Below, one piece after another: positions 19,802 through 29,496 of a stretch of DNA of 64,000 nucleotides. Numbering within the stretch: the stretch's first letter is position 1; each line of letters starts with the position of its first letter. The notes beneath the pieces were generated by a model. It had not been told where the DNA came from and did no database searches. It saw nothing but the letters and a program-made list of their open reading frames with translations. The stretch lies in assembly GCA_029856125.1 (NCBI GenBank), contig JAHQWJ010000120.1, positions 96,001-160,000 on the forward strand, read 5' to 3'. The DNA comes from Promethearchaeia archaeon (GTDB lineage: Archaea; Asgardarchaeota; Lokiarchaeia; Sigyniarchaeales; SOKP01). A program made the translations under genes and the position numbers.

Positions 19802-21613
19802 TTAATTTGTAATGTAATCTTGGATTTGGTTATCCCAAATTTTCCTTTTACTACCAATATTTTCCCACTCGTTCATAATTTCGCTCTTAAGATATTCCGT
19901 AGTCGGACTCATTGGTAAATTATCTAAAAAACCAATATATCTCGGGACATGGTAAAAAGCAAGGTTATGAAATAAGAAGTCGCTCAATTTTTTAGGAGTA
20001 AGGGTAGAACCCTTCAGCTTTACGACATATAAAATCACTTCTGTTTTTGGTTTTAAATCATTTACGAAGGGGATACACGCACTTATATAAACTGAAGGAT
20101 GAGAATTAGCCATTCTTTCAATTTCTCTTAAATAGATTATTTCTCCAGCTCTATATATAATCTCATTCTTTTTGCCTTTAAAATATAGAAAATTGTCGTC
20201 ATCAATATATCCAAAATCCCCTGTATAAACCCAACCGTCATCACTTATCCTTACATCACTAATTTCCGGTAGTTTGTAATATTCAAATGTGACGTTAGTT
20301 CTTGATTTTACAGTTATTTCACCAATTTTATCTGGTCCTGGAGATAATTCATTACCATTCGGATCTACTATTTTCAAATCAAGAGAATCTAATGGTTTTC
20401 CGACTGATCCCATTTTTCCTCCATATGATCCCAATGTATTAATTGTAATTCCCACTCCTTCCATATGGGAATAACACTCATACAATTTTATTCCAAATCG
20501 GTTTTCAAATGATTTCCATAATTCATCGCCAGCAGCAAAACCATACGCCCATTTTAAGGGGTGTTTCCTATCAAACTTGCTAGGATTATTATACAAGAGG
20601 TATAATAAATAACCACCATAGTAAGTAAAAACTGTGGGAGAATGTGTTCTAACATCGTCCCAAAAATTCTTTACATTGAAATTTTGTGCTAAAACAACGG
20701 GAATATTATAAAACAATGAAGGAATAATAACATAAAATTGTGCTGCTCCTTGAAATAAAGGCATTGGACAATAAATTTTTGTATCGTATGACAATCCGAT
20801 GCTTTTTAATTGATAACCTATGTTTATAGAAGTAACCAATACATTTCTATACAACACGCCTTTTGGTTTTCCCGTAGTGCCTTCGGTATACATAATATGT
20901 ATTGGATCTTCTTCAAATATGCTAACTTTAGGATTATCAACATTTGAACTCTTGAGTAATTGAAAATCTAAATAATCTTCATTAAATTCAAAGTCTTTTG
21001 GAGCGTTATGAATATAAATCTTTTTTATTTTTGGTAATTTAAGACGCAATTCATCGAACTGTTTTAGAAAAATGTGATCGATAATGAGAATTGTCGTATC
21101 ACTATCGTCCAAAATATGCTCTAAATATTTTCCTTTCAATGCAGTATTAATTGGGACAAAAACGCACCCGGATTTTACTATACCGAACCAAGAATATAGA
21201 AAATCCGGACAATTACCCATCATCAATGAAATATTTGGGTTTTTAACATTTAGTTTATGAACTAAATCTAGTATCCCCCATGCGATTTGATTCGATTTTT
21301 CATTAATGTCCTTAAAAGTATACTTCTCATTTTCATAATATAATATTACTTGATTACTATTTTCTGTTGCTTTCTTTCTAAGCAACTTTGGAAGAGTTTC
21401 ATTACCACTACCATATTCTTTAATCATTCTAGAATGGACATTATCCCTTCTAATTATTATAGAGTCATTTTTAATCTCTAGCAAAACTTCTTCATCATTT
21501 TTAAATGGAAAGGAACTATCATTAGCAACTTTAGTTGGAACGTATATCCAGGTTGTTTTATATTTACCTTTACCAGAAGGTTTTTCAACAATTTTACTTT
21601 TTCCAAATTCCAT
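19802..21613 (-). CDS. AbrB/SpoVT-like domain fused to CaiC-like acyl-CoA ligase fold with degenerate catalytic motifs (copy 1)
   Basis: N-term KYKTTWIYVPTKVANDSSFPFKNDEEVLLEIKNDSIII; YTEGTTGKPKG, YSHME, TGD, GKKNE, LPMSPTTEYLK. Confidence 0.85.
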   Translation of the reverse strand: MEFGKSKIVEKPSGKGKYKTTWIYVPTKVANDSSFPFKNDEEVLLEIKNDSIIIRRDNVHSRMIKEYGSGNETLPKLLRKKATENSNQVILYYENEKYTFKDINEKSNQIAWGILDLVHKLNVKNPNISLMMGNCPDFLYSWFGIVKSGCVFVPINTALKGKYLEHILDDSDTTILIIDHIFLKQFDELRLKLPKIKKIYIHNAPKDFEFNEDYLDFQLLKSSNVDNPKVSIFEEDPIHIMYTEGTTGKPKGVLYRNVLVTSINIGYQLKSIGLSYDTKIYCPMPLFQGAAQFYVIIPSLFYNIPVVLAQNFNVKNFWDDVRTHSPTVFTYYGGYLLYLLYNNPSKFDRKHPLKWAYGFAAGDELWKSFENRFGIKLYECYSHMEGVGITINTLGSYGGKMGSVGKPLDSLDLKIVDPNGNELSPGPDKIGEITVKSRTNVTFEYYKLPEISDVRISDDGWVYTGDFGYIDDDNFLYFKGKKNEIIYRAGEIIYLREIERMANSHPSVYISACIPFVNDLKPKTEVILYVVKLKGSTLTPKKLSDFLFHNLAFYHVPRYIGFLDNLPMSPTTEYLKSEIMNEWENIGSKRKIWDNQIQDYITN

Positions 21614-21653
21614 AGTTTATCAAATCTATATTTATTCAAAATAGCTTATTAAT

Positions 21654-21665
21654 TTACTTAAGTAA
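21654..21665. promoter_or_regulatory. Putative autoregulatory operator, perfect 14-bp palindrome TTTACTTAAGTAAA (21653-21666)
   Basis: 41 nt upstream of fusion gene ATG, abutting TATA-like ATTAATAA on the minus strand. Confidence 0.7.
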
Positions 21666-21785
21666 AAATATTTGTTATTAATTATTGCAACCTTTTGCTC
21701 TTCGAGTAATCAATATTTATTTCTTTATAAAAAGCGATAAACTCATCAGTAAGTTTTTTGATAGATACTGTAAAATCGAATTAAA

Positions 21786-22799
21786 TTATGCCAATTTCAA
21801 TTTATGAGGCGATTGGAGCATTTCGTTTAAAATTAGATTTGGTTTAATGTTGTTAAAATCATTCCACCATGAATTTTTATTCTTGAAATCATCATTATAA
21901 TTTTTCGATTCGACTATAGTTATGATATTATCTTCAATCAAGATTGAGGGATTTAACACTTTTTTTTCATTTTCTTCTAGATATTGTAAATTCAGTAGCA
22001 TACATTCTTGCAAATCATCATAGAACAATAGAGGGATGTATTTTTTTTCTTCTCTCTCCAGACCACTTTTATTAACTGGATTTTTAGGCCAATTACTAGT
22101 GGAATAATTAAAAATTTCAATATCAACTAATTCTGGATGGTACTGCTTCTCTGTTACTTTTTTAAATTTTTTATAGTACGTTTGGTCTTTCTCTTTATAC
22201 ATTTTTACAGCAGATTCCTCCCCATCCATATCCACTGAAATCCTATTTTGTTCCATTCTTTTCTTACAAATATCTTCTAAAATTTCACAATATTGAATTG
22301 CAGCGCTAACAAGATCATCCTCTTCAATATAACTTCTAACTATTGTATGTAAATAAGCTCTTAAGAACGCAGAGAAATCTTCTTCAAGTCTATTAAGATT
22401 GCCATAAAGGAATCTCGTTGCTTCCCACCAGGATATCACATTTTTACTTTGTAAAGATTTAAACAATTGTTCTAAAGATCTTATTTCAGAGAAGTAAATT
22501 AAATTTTTTATTCCACTGTGAAGAAATTGATAAGGGTTTATAACAGCAAATTGATCTTCTGTAATCTGAAAGGAAATAACTTCCTTAGGGCGAATCAATA
22601 CTGATTTTATACCGTTAGAAACGCGATCGACCCGCATAGGAATTGGTACGATTGGATTTTTTTCGATAGCTTTTATAAGGGAAGATGAATGCGGATTTAT
22701 GTATAGAGAAGTATCAAAAGGAAAAATCTCAATATAAAAGAAAAATGGAGCGGCGTCAGATTTATACGTTTTAAATTTTACTTGAGTTTTCTTATACAA
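21786..22799 (-). CDS. Hypothetical soluble protein
   Basis: 337-aa ORF, TTG start, 18 nt downstream of the CPBP gene; no motif recognised. Confidence 0.75.
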   Translation of the reverse strand: MYKKTQVKFKTYKSDAAPFFFYIEIFPFDTSLYINPHSSSLIKAIEKNPIVPIPMRVDRVSNGIKSVLIRPKEVISFQITEDQFAVINPYQFLHSGIKNLIYFSEIRSLEQLFKSLQSKNVISWWEATRFLYGNLNRLEEDFSAFLRAYLHTIVRSYIEEDDLVSAAIQYCEILEDICKKRMEQNRISVDMDGEESAVKMYKEKDQTYYKKFKKVTEKQYHPELVDIEIFNYSTSNWPKNPVNKSGLEREEKKYIPLLFYDDLQECMLLNLQYLEENEKKVLNPSILIEDNIITIVESKNYNDDFKNKNSWWNDFNNIKPNLILNEMLQSPHKLKLA

Positions 22800-22817
22800 T
22801 TATACCACGCTATTTGT

Positions 22818-23879
22818 CTAAACGCTAATTAAAATTCCAAAAAGGAATAATAGGAATGCTAAAAAGATATCGAAAAGGATGCGAAATACCTTATCACCTG
22901 ATGTTTCGTCTACCGTAATATCTTTTCTAGAATACGATTTTATCATCTTTATTCCTATTTGTACACTTTCTTTAATTCTTGAGCGCTGCATTATAACTAA
23001 AAGTAAACTGATTATTAATAATGGGATATAGATAAAACCTAAAAGCTGAGTAAAATTGCCACCACTCCAATAATCCCAAATAATCACGCTCGTTATGATA
23101 GAATCAATTGTTTTTGCAATTATCAGAGGGAATAACCATTTTCTTCTTATTATTGTTAGAGATAATACAAGACCTACTACAAATGATTTGATAAACCATA
23201 CGACTCCAAAATAATAACTAACAGTAAAAATTATCGGATTCAAAAAAAATTCTATAAACGTAAATGAAAAAGTTGATATCATTACAGCTGACATCTTGTT
23301 AAAATATTCACTTCCTCTTTTTGTTATCAATCCTCTGAAAATCGTTTCCTCTGAAAATGATAGACTTAATTGAATTATGATTGTAAAAAATAAAAATACT
23401 GAAATATCGCCTAATAATAAATAGTTGTTCTCTCTTCTTAAAATTAATGAAACAGCACGATAATGTATTGTCTCTGGTAAAAAGAATGAGAATGAAAACT
23501 CAATTGGGATAAGTATTAAGAAGAACAATAAGCAACTATAAAGTAGTTGATAAAGGTAATTTTTTCTCGTCATTTTATAAAGTTTTAAATAACCAGTATG
23601 AAGCGCTAATTCTTTTTTAGCAGGTTGTGAATTTTTGCTTCTCATTTTATTTGAAATAAATAGAAATAATATTATCACTAAAAATATCGCCAAAGCCCTA
23701 ATAAGGTAAAAGAGCATTCCGAATAATTCCGAAGTTTGATTTACTATAAATGGTAATAAAATCCATTCTAAGATTAAAAAGATAAAGATCATTAAGAATA
23801 TCGGAACGATTTCATAAAAAAGAAATCGAAAGCGTTTTGATGCTATTTCTCTTCGATTATAGGATATTAATCTACCCAT
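22818..23879 (-). CDS. CPBP (Rce1/Abi, type II CAAX protease) family membrane protein with degenerate His motifs
   Basis: SEETIFRG (EExxxR) present; multi-TM; FxxxH reads FTFIE and HxxxN reads KTIDS. Confidence 0.78.
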   Translation of the reverse strand: MGRLISYNRREIASKRFRFLFYEIVPIFLMIFIFLILEWILLPFIVNQTSELFGMLFYLIRALAIFLVIILFLFISNKMRSKNSQPAKKELALHTGYLKLYKMTRKNYLYQLLYSCLLFFLILIPIEFSFSFFLPETIHYRAVSLILRRENNYLLLGDISVFLFFTIIIQLSLSFSEETIFRGLITKRGSEYFNKMSAVMISTFSFTFIEFFLNPIIFTVSYYFGVVWFIKSFVVGLVLSLTIIRRKWLFPLIIAKTIDSIITSVIIWDYWSGGNFTQLLGFIYIPLLIISLLLVIMQRSRIKESVQIGIKMIKSYSRKDITVDETSGDKVFRILFDIFLAFLLFLFGILISV

Positions 23880-24020
23880 GAATACCCATCATTTCTATGT
23901 AGTAATTTAAAATAGATAAATGAATATTCCTTAAGAATTTTTATAAACATTAGAATGTCTCAATTAGGCGTTCTTATTTGACTTTCAATGCGTTTAAAAT
24001 CCTTTGAAGAGTTTAAAATT

Positions 24021-25685
24021 TCATTTCATAGTATAGAAATCTTGATATTCAATTCTTAAGACTTTTTTATCGAGTTTCCCTACACTCGTTCTAGGGATTT
24101 TATCGACAAATAGTATATCTTCAGGTAATTGCCATTTAGCAAATGTTTGTGAAAGGTGCTCACGGATGTCTTCTTTAGTAGTGGTTTTATATTCTTCCCG
24201 TAATACTATTAGAGCTAAAGGTCGTTCGTCCCATTTAGGATGCGATATTCCAACTACAGCAGCTTCAAGAACACTAGGGTGCGACATTAAAGAGTTCTCC
24301 ATATCTATTGAACTAATCCACTCGCCACCACTTTTAATAACATCTTTTATTCTATCAGTTATCTTCAGGTAGCCCTCAGAATCAAGACACCCCGCATCAC
24401 CTGTTTTAAAATAACCGGTTTCCGTGAAGCTCTCTCTCGTTTGAGGGGCATTGTAATAACTTTCAGTAACCCAAGGACCTTTTACTAAAATCTCGCCAGA
24501 TGATTTTCCGTCGTGAGGGAGTTCTATTCCGTTTTTATTCACGATCTTAATATCTAATCCTGAAACAATAATACCTTGCTTTTTCTTTAGATTCCAAAGT
24601 TCTTCTTCAGATAGCTCTTTTTCGAGCCAAGGTTTGAAAGTATTCAAGGTTGTAATTGCCATTAGTTCAGTAGAACCGTACGAATGAATTATTTCAGCCC
24701 GTGTTTCGTCCCAAAAACCACGCATTAATGCAATAGGGGGTTCTGATCCTCCACAAATTAACCGAGCACCTGTGAGATCTGGTTTTTCTTTCATCATCCT
24801 AATTATTTCCAACATTGCCATAAAAACTGCTGGAACGGCGGCAGACACAGTAACTTTTTCTTTAACAAAGATATTTGTGAGTTCTTCAAGATCGTTTAGA
24901 TTCCAATTGCCAGAGAATATTAATTTTGCTCCCATATACGATGCGGCTAACGGTTTGGACCACCCGAGAACATGGTACATTGGCACCATTTGAAAAATTA
25001 CATCATTAACGCTCATTGAAAAATGTGCTGCAAACATTACTGCTTGCAAATATACATTTCGATGCGAATAATAAACTCCCTTAGGTCTACCCGTAGTCCC
25101 AGTTGTGTAGCAAGCCGCATAAGCTGAATTTTCATCTAAATTCGGCCAATCGTAATTAGGTGATGCCTTTTCTAATAAATCTTCGTAAAAATATATAGGT
25201 TTGAGTGTTGATTTTATTTCCTTTTGATCTTTTTCAGTAATTATTATAAAACCTTTTAATCCCTCACATAAAGGAACAACTGACTCAACTATCTGAATCA
25301 AATCTTCATCTAAGATAATGTAATTTATCCCTGAATGATTTATTACATATGCTAAGTCTTGTGGAGCAAGTCTTAAGTTTAAAGTCACCATTACGGCACC
25401 CATACCAGGTAATCCAAAATATATCTCAAAATGTTGGTAGGTATTCCAAACTATGACACCTACCCTATCTCCGACTTTAATTCCAATAGATTCTAATGAA
25501 TTTGCTAGTCTTTGCATTCTTTTATAAGCATCCGAATAAGTATATCGAAATAGGGTTCCATCGAGATTTCTGCTTACTATTTCTTGTCTGCTATAGTTCC
25601 TTATGGCATGTTTCATAAGATTAATTACATTAAGCTGATAATTAACATTTAAATCAGCTTGAAATCCCTTTATAATTTTCATCAA
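24021..25685 (-). CDS. Fatty-acid--CoA ligase (AlkK/DmdB-like), catalytic motifs intact
   Basis: YTTGTTGRPKG, YGSTE, TGD, TDRIKDVIKSGGEWISS, PRTSVGKLDK. Confidence 0.93.
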   Translation of the reverse strand: MMKIIKGFQADLNVNYQLNVINLMKHAIRNYSRQEIVSRNLDGTLFRYTYSDAYKRMQRLANSLESIGIKVGDRVGVIVWNTYQHFEIYFGLPGMGAVMVTLNLRLAPQDLAYVINHSGINYIILDEDLIQIVESVVPLCEGLKGFIIITEKDQKEIKSTLKPIYFYEDLLEKASPNYDWPNLDENSAYAACYTTGTTGRPKGVYYSHRNVYLQAVMFAAHFSMSVNDVIFQMVPMYHVLGWSKPLAASYMGAKLIFSGNWNLNDLEELTNIFVKEKVTVSAAVPAVFMAMLEIIRMMKEKPDLTGARLICGGSEPPIALMRGFWDETRAEIIHSYGSTELMAITTLNTFKPWLEKELSEEELWNLKKKQGIIVSGLDIKIVNKNGIELPHDGKSSGEILVKGPWVTESYYNAPQTRESFTETGYFKTGDAGCLDSEGYLKITDRIKDVIKSGGEWISSIDMENSLMSHPSVLEAAVVGISHPKWDERPLALIVLREEYKTTTKEDIREHLSQTFAKWQLPEDILFVDKIPRTSVGKLDKKVLRIEYQDFYTMK

Positions 25686-25786
25686 AAAACCTTATTTTTT
25701 TTTATTGGTGATTGATATTAATAGTTTGAACATAGAGATTTATAAATATATAATTTAAAAAATGTATCCGTCAAAGTATTTTTAAA

Positions 25787-27511
25787 TTAATCGTCAGCGG
25801 GTGGAGTAAAACCTACAGGGGGGTTAATACACCAAATATAATGATCTTTTTCTATTTCCATCTTATGTGGTAACTCAACTTCACATTCTGCGGTACGAGC
25901 ATCAGAAACACATCTTGGGTTAAATGTACACCCGGGGGGAGGGTCAATCGGACTTGGAACCTCTCCAGATATAACAAAACTAATTTCCTGATTTTCGGGA
26001 TCAATTTCAGATCGTGATGCTAAAAGAGCTTGAGTGTAAGGATGGGTTGGATTAAAAAAAATCTGTTCAGTTGAACCCAACTCAACTATTTTCCCTAAAT
26101 ACATAACGCCGATACGATCAGCTATATGATTTACAACAGCGAGATTATGAGTGATAAATAAAAATCCATAACCGTAACTCTCCTGTAAATCTTTAAGGAG
26201 ATTGAGGATTTGGGCTTGTACAGATACATCAAGAGCAGACGTAGGTTCATCTAAAATTATTAACTCTGGATTACATGCTAATGCTCGAGCGATGATAATC
26301 CTCTGTTTTTGTCCTCCAGAGAACTCATGTGGATATCTGTCCAAATGTTCTCGTTTTAATGACACTTGCTGTAATAATTTCAGAACATGTTTTCTTATTT
26401 GATTCTTATCAGTGATACCCAAAATATTTTTTAAAGGTTCTGCGATAATATCTACAATTTTAAATCGAGGGTTTAGTGACGCATCTGGATCTTGAAACAC
26501 AATTTGTATTTTTTGTCTTAAGTATCCTGAAAATTCATCCGGGATTGGTTCATCATGAAAGAAAATATCGCCTTCTGTCTTTTCTATTAATCCTAAAATT
26601 GCATTTGCTATAGTGGTCTTACCACACCCACTTTCTCCTACTAAACCGAAAGTTTCACCAGTCTTTATCTCGAATGAGACACCATTAACTGCTTTTACAG
26701 CTCCTACTTGTCTTTTAAGCATTCCTGCTAGGAGGGGATAATAAACTTTAAGATTTTTTACAGTTAATAGGTGTTTGTCCTTTTCGAGAACAATCATTTC
26801 TCTCAATTCCTCATACTTAATAGTTGTGAAAGCAATTTTTTTTAAAACAAAAGATAATGTTATTGAAATTATAAACGCTAAGATTAAGTTCTCACCGAGA
26901 TTTAGGTAAAATTCATGCTTAAGTGTAGTAAATGCAAAGACTAATGAATAGATTCCTGGTAAAATGCTCAATAATAGTATTATGTTTTTCGTTTCAATTA
27001 ATTGAATTTTATCTCCCCAATTCATTATAAAACTCATAATTGTTACAATGACTATAAGAGAAAAGATAAACGTGAGTTTTGAACCTTCATACAAAGGATT
27101 GTCGATTGCAAATATACTGATTGTATTAGGAATTTCATTCAATATATAAGTAACAGTAAACAATATTATTTGAGCAATAATTATTAGTATCAGAGCTTTT
27201 TTCAAACTGATTTTCAAGAGTTTTAAAGCTATTATACTTCCTATGAAGATGTTTATAACAACTAAAATTGAATCAATTAAAAATCCGATACTAAATAACT
27301 GATAAGTAATTACCCCCAGAATCAAATCAATAATAAACCATATAAAGTTTATAATTATAGCAGCCCTGTAGGAATTATCCCACTTTCTTTTCTTCGCATA
27401 CCTTGTCATAAAAATAAATCCAATTAATAGCACTATTATCAAAACTATTATTTCTGTAGTAATTTGCTCTAGGGTTGTTAAAATCATTTGTAAAATCATT
27501 ATTTTTCCCAT
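25787..27511 (-). CDS. OppF/DppF-type ABC ATPase fused to N-terminal ~7-TM domain, cassette 2
   Basis: [20 protein letters not shown]; about 225 hydrophobic N-terminal residues; paralog of 11019..12479. Confidence 0.9.
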   Translation of the reverse strand: MGKIMILQMILTTLEQITTEIIVLIIVLLIGFIFMTRYAKKRKWDNSYRAAIIINFIWFIIDLILGVITYQLFSIGFLIDSILVVINIFIGSIIALKLLKISLKKALILIIIAQIILFTVTYILNEIPNTISIFAIDNPLYEGSKLTFIFSLIVIVTIMSFIMNWGDKIQLIETKNIILLLSILPGIYSLVFAFTTLKHEFYLNLGENLILAFIISITLSFVLKKIAFTTIKYEELREMIVLEKDKHLLTVKNLKVYYPLLAGMLKRQVGAVKAVNGVSFEIKTGETFGLVGESGCGKTTIANAILGLIEKTEGDIFFHDEPIPDEFSGYLRQKIQIVFQDPDASLNPRFKIVDIIAEPLKNILGITDKNQIRKHVLKLLQQVSLKREHLDRYPHEFSGGQKQRIIIARALACNPELIILDEPTSALDVSVQAQILNLLKDLQESYGYGFLFITHNLAVVNHIADRIGVMYLGKIVELGSTEQIFFNPTHPYTQALLASRSEIDPENQEISFVISGEVPSPIDPPPGCTFNPRCVSDARTAECEVELPHKMEIEKDHYIWCINPPVGFTPPADD

Positions 27512-27556
27512 CTGGGTTTCTGTTTTTTTATAACATCACATAAAACGTGAATTCTT

Positions 27557-29419
27557 TTAATTTAGGGTTGTATCTTCTTTTTGAACTTTTTTAATAGAAA
27601 TCTCAGCTTTATCTTGATGAGCTGGATCGTAAAGGTAACAAGCTACATAATAATTTGGTTCAACTTCTATGCTTTTTGGTTGCTCTGAATCGCAAGGTTC
27701 AAAACAATATTTACATCGAGGGTGGAATCTGCATCCTGCTGGGGGATAGATTAAATTGGGAACTAGCCCTGAGATAATGTCAAGTCGGTGCCTTTTTTTG
27801 CCCACTACCGGTACGGAACTTATAAGTCCCTTTGTATAGGGATGATAAGGCTTCGAAAATAGCTTTTGAATTTTACCATATTCAACGATAAATCCACTAT
27901 ACATAACAGCAACACGGTCACACATTTTTGAAATAATACCTAAATCGTGAGTGATAAATAGAATTGAAGTATTGTATTTTTTTTTCAGATCTTTCATCAG
28001 TTTTAGAATTTGATTTTGAACCGTAACATCTAATGCGGTAGTGGGTTCATCTGCTATTAGGAGTTTAGGACTGCAAGCTAATCCCATTGCAATTTGAATT
28101 CTCTGTCGCATTCCACCGCTTAATTCATGAGGATATCTATCAATAATTTGCTCTGGAGCTGGAATATTTAATTCTCTTAAAAGATTTTCGCTCCAATCTC
28201 TAGCTATACTATATATACTTTTTTCTGGCTGATTAATGGTTTCCATTAGTAATTCTTTTTCCATATGAAGAAGATATACTTCAGCAATCTGATCTCCTAC
28301 TTTAAAAACGGGATTAATAGAATTAAGAGGATCTTGAAAAATCATAGTAATCTCTTTTCCTCGGTATTCAAGTATTTTTTCGGATTCCTGCAGTAGGTCT
28401 TTGCCTTTAAAGAAAACTTCTCCTTTCATGATTTTTCCAGGTGGACGAACTAATTGAAGAATTGATAAAGCAGTAACAGATTTTCCACAACCAGTTTCAC
28501 CAACAAGACCTACTACCTCTCCTTCAAGGATTTTAAAAGAAACCCCCTCTACAGCACGAACAATTCCTTCTTCCGTATAAAAATAGGTAGTGAGATTTTT
28601 CACATTTAAAATTACTTTTTCGCCTTCTAGAGATTCAGAATTGGCCGTCCTATCTATATCTATTCCTTCCTGAATCTTCAACTTGCTTTTTTCATGCGCT
28701 TTAGGTAAAAATACCTTTTTTGTGAATAGATAAAAAACTAAAACATAAACACCACTAACCACACCAATTAAGATCCGAATATCTTGTTCATATGGCCAAA
28801 TCCCAAGTAATCTGGATAAATACATCTCAAAAATAATGAGTTGAATCGTCCACACTCCTAAAGAAGCAGCACTTCCAATTATTTGACTATTTCTAAGTAC
28901 CTCCTTTGGAAGTCTGATGTCAATCGAGAGAGTTCTATTTAGTATTGAAGTGAGAGCTCCAAGGATAAATACCATTATTATAGCCCAAATTAATCCTAAA
29001 TGTAATAAATCAGCTCCCCTTAAATCAAAATCTTGTATCTCAATCCCTAATAATCCAAAAGATGTATATACTACAGCCGCAATCCAAGTTATAATTAAAA
29101 TTATCACTAACAATTTTTTAAAGAGCTTAGTCTCGCCTTTTCTCCCAAATATATGATGGAATAGGAAAAAGGCTGTTGTCATTATAGCAAAATGTAATGG
29201 TTGGTTATTTAAAATTACAAAAAATTCAAAATAATATCCTAAATTTTCAAATGGTAAGCGTATTCCTAATGATATACCAAGAACTATAAGAATGCTTATA
29301 AGATTACTTTTAAGGCTAACTTCTTTTGGAATTTGATGCTCTTCAGGAAGCCAGTTATTTAATCGATTAATTATTAAAAATAATAATAAAGCTGCTATTA
29401 TAGCTTCAATTAAAGCCAT
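27557..29419 (-). CDS. OppD/DppD-type ABC ATPase fused to N-terminal ~7-TM domain, cassette 2
   Basis: GETGCGKS, LSGGMRQR, HPYT, GCRFHPRC; paralog of 12504..14414; possible ATA start at 29452. Confidence 0.9.
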   Translation of the reverse strand: MALIEAIIAALLLFLIINRLNNWLPEEHQIPKEVSLKSNLISILIVLGISLGIRLPFENLGYYFEFFVILNNQPLHFAIMTTAFFLFHHIFGRKGETKLFKKLLVIILIITWIAAVVYTSFGLLGIEIQDFDLRGADLLHLGLIWAIIMVFILGALTSILNRTLSIDIRLPKEVLRNSQIIGSAASLGVWTIQLIIFEMYLSRLLGIWPYEQDIRILIGVVSGVYVLVFYLFTKKVFLPKAHEKSKLKIQEGIDIDRTANSESLEGEKVILNVKNLTTYFYTEEGIVRAVEGVSFKILEGEVVGLVGETGCGKSVTALSILQLVRPPGKIMKGEVFFKGKDLLQESEKILEYRGKEITMIFQDPLNSINPVFKVGDQIAEVYLLHMEKELLMETINQPEKSIYSIARDWSENLLRELNIPAPEQIIDRYPHELSGGMRQRIQIAMGLACSPKLLIADEPTTALDVTVQNQILKLMKDLKKKYNTSILFITHDLGIISKMCDRVAVMYSGFIVEYGKIQKLFSKPYHPYTKGLISSVPVVGKKRHRLDIISGLVPNLIYPPAGCRFHPRCKYCFEPCDSEQPKSIEVEPNYYVACYLYDPAHQDKAEISIKKVQKEDTTLN

Positions 29420-29496
29420 AACTATATTTGGTTGGTAAAATTGTAGTAGTATACTAAATCATCTCCGAATTTTCCTTCTCAACTTTTTATAAACCT

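Noticed and set aside
19802-21613. Interpreting the AbrB-ligase genes as pseudogenes or toxin-antitoxin antitoxins
   Set aside because: Frames are intact, substitutions are shared by both paralogs, and no toxin gene (VapC/MazF) is adjacent
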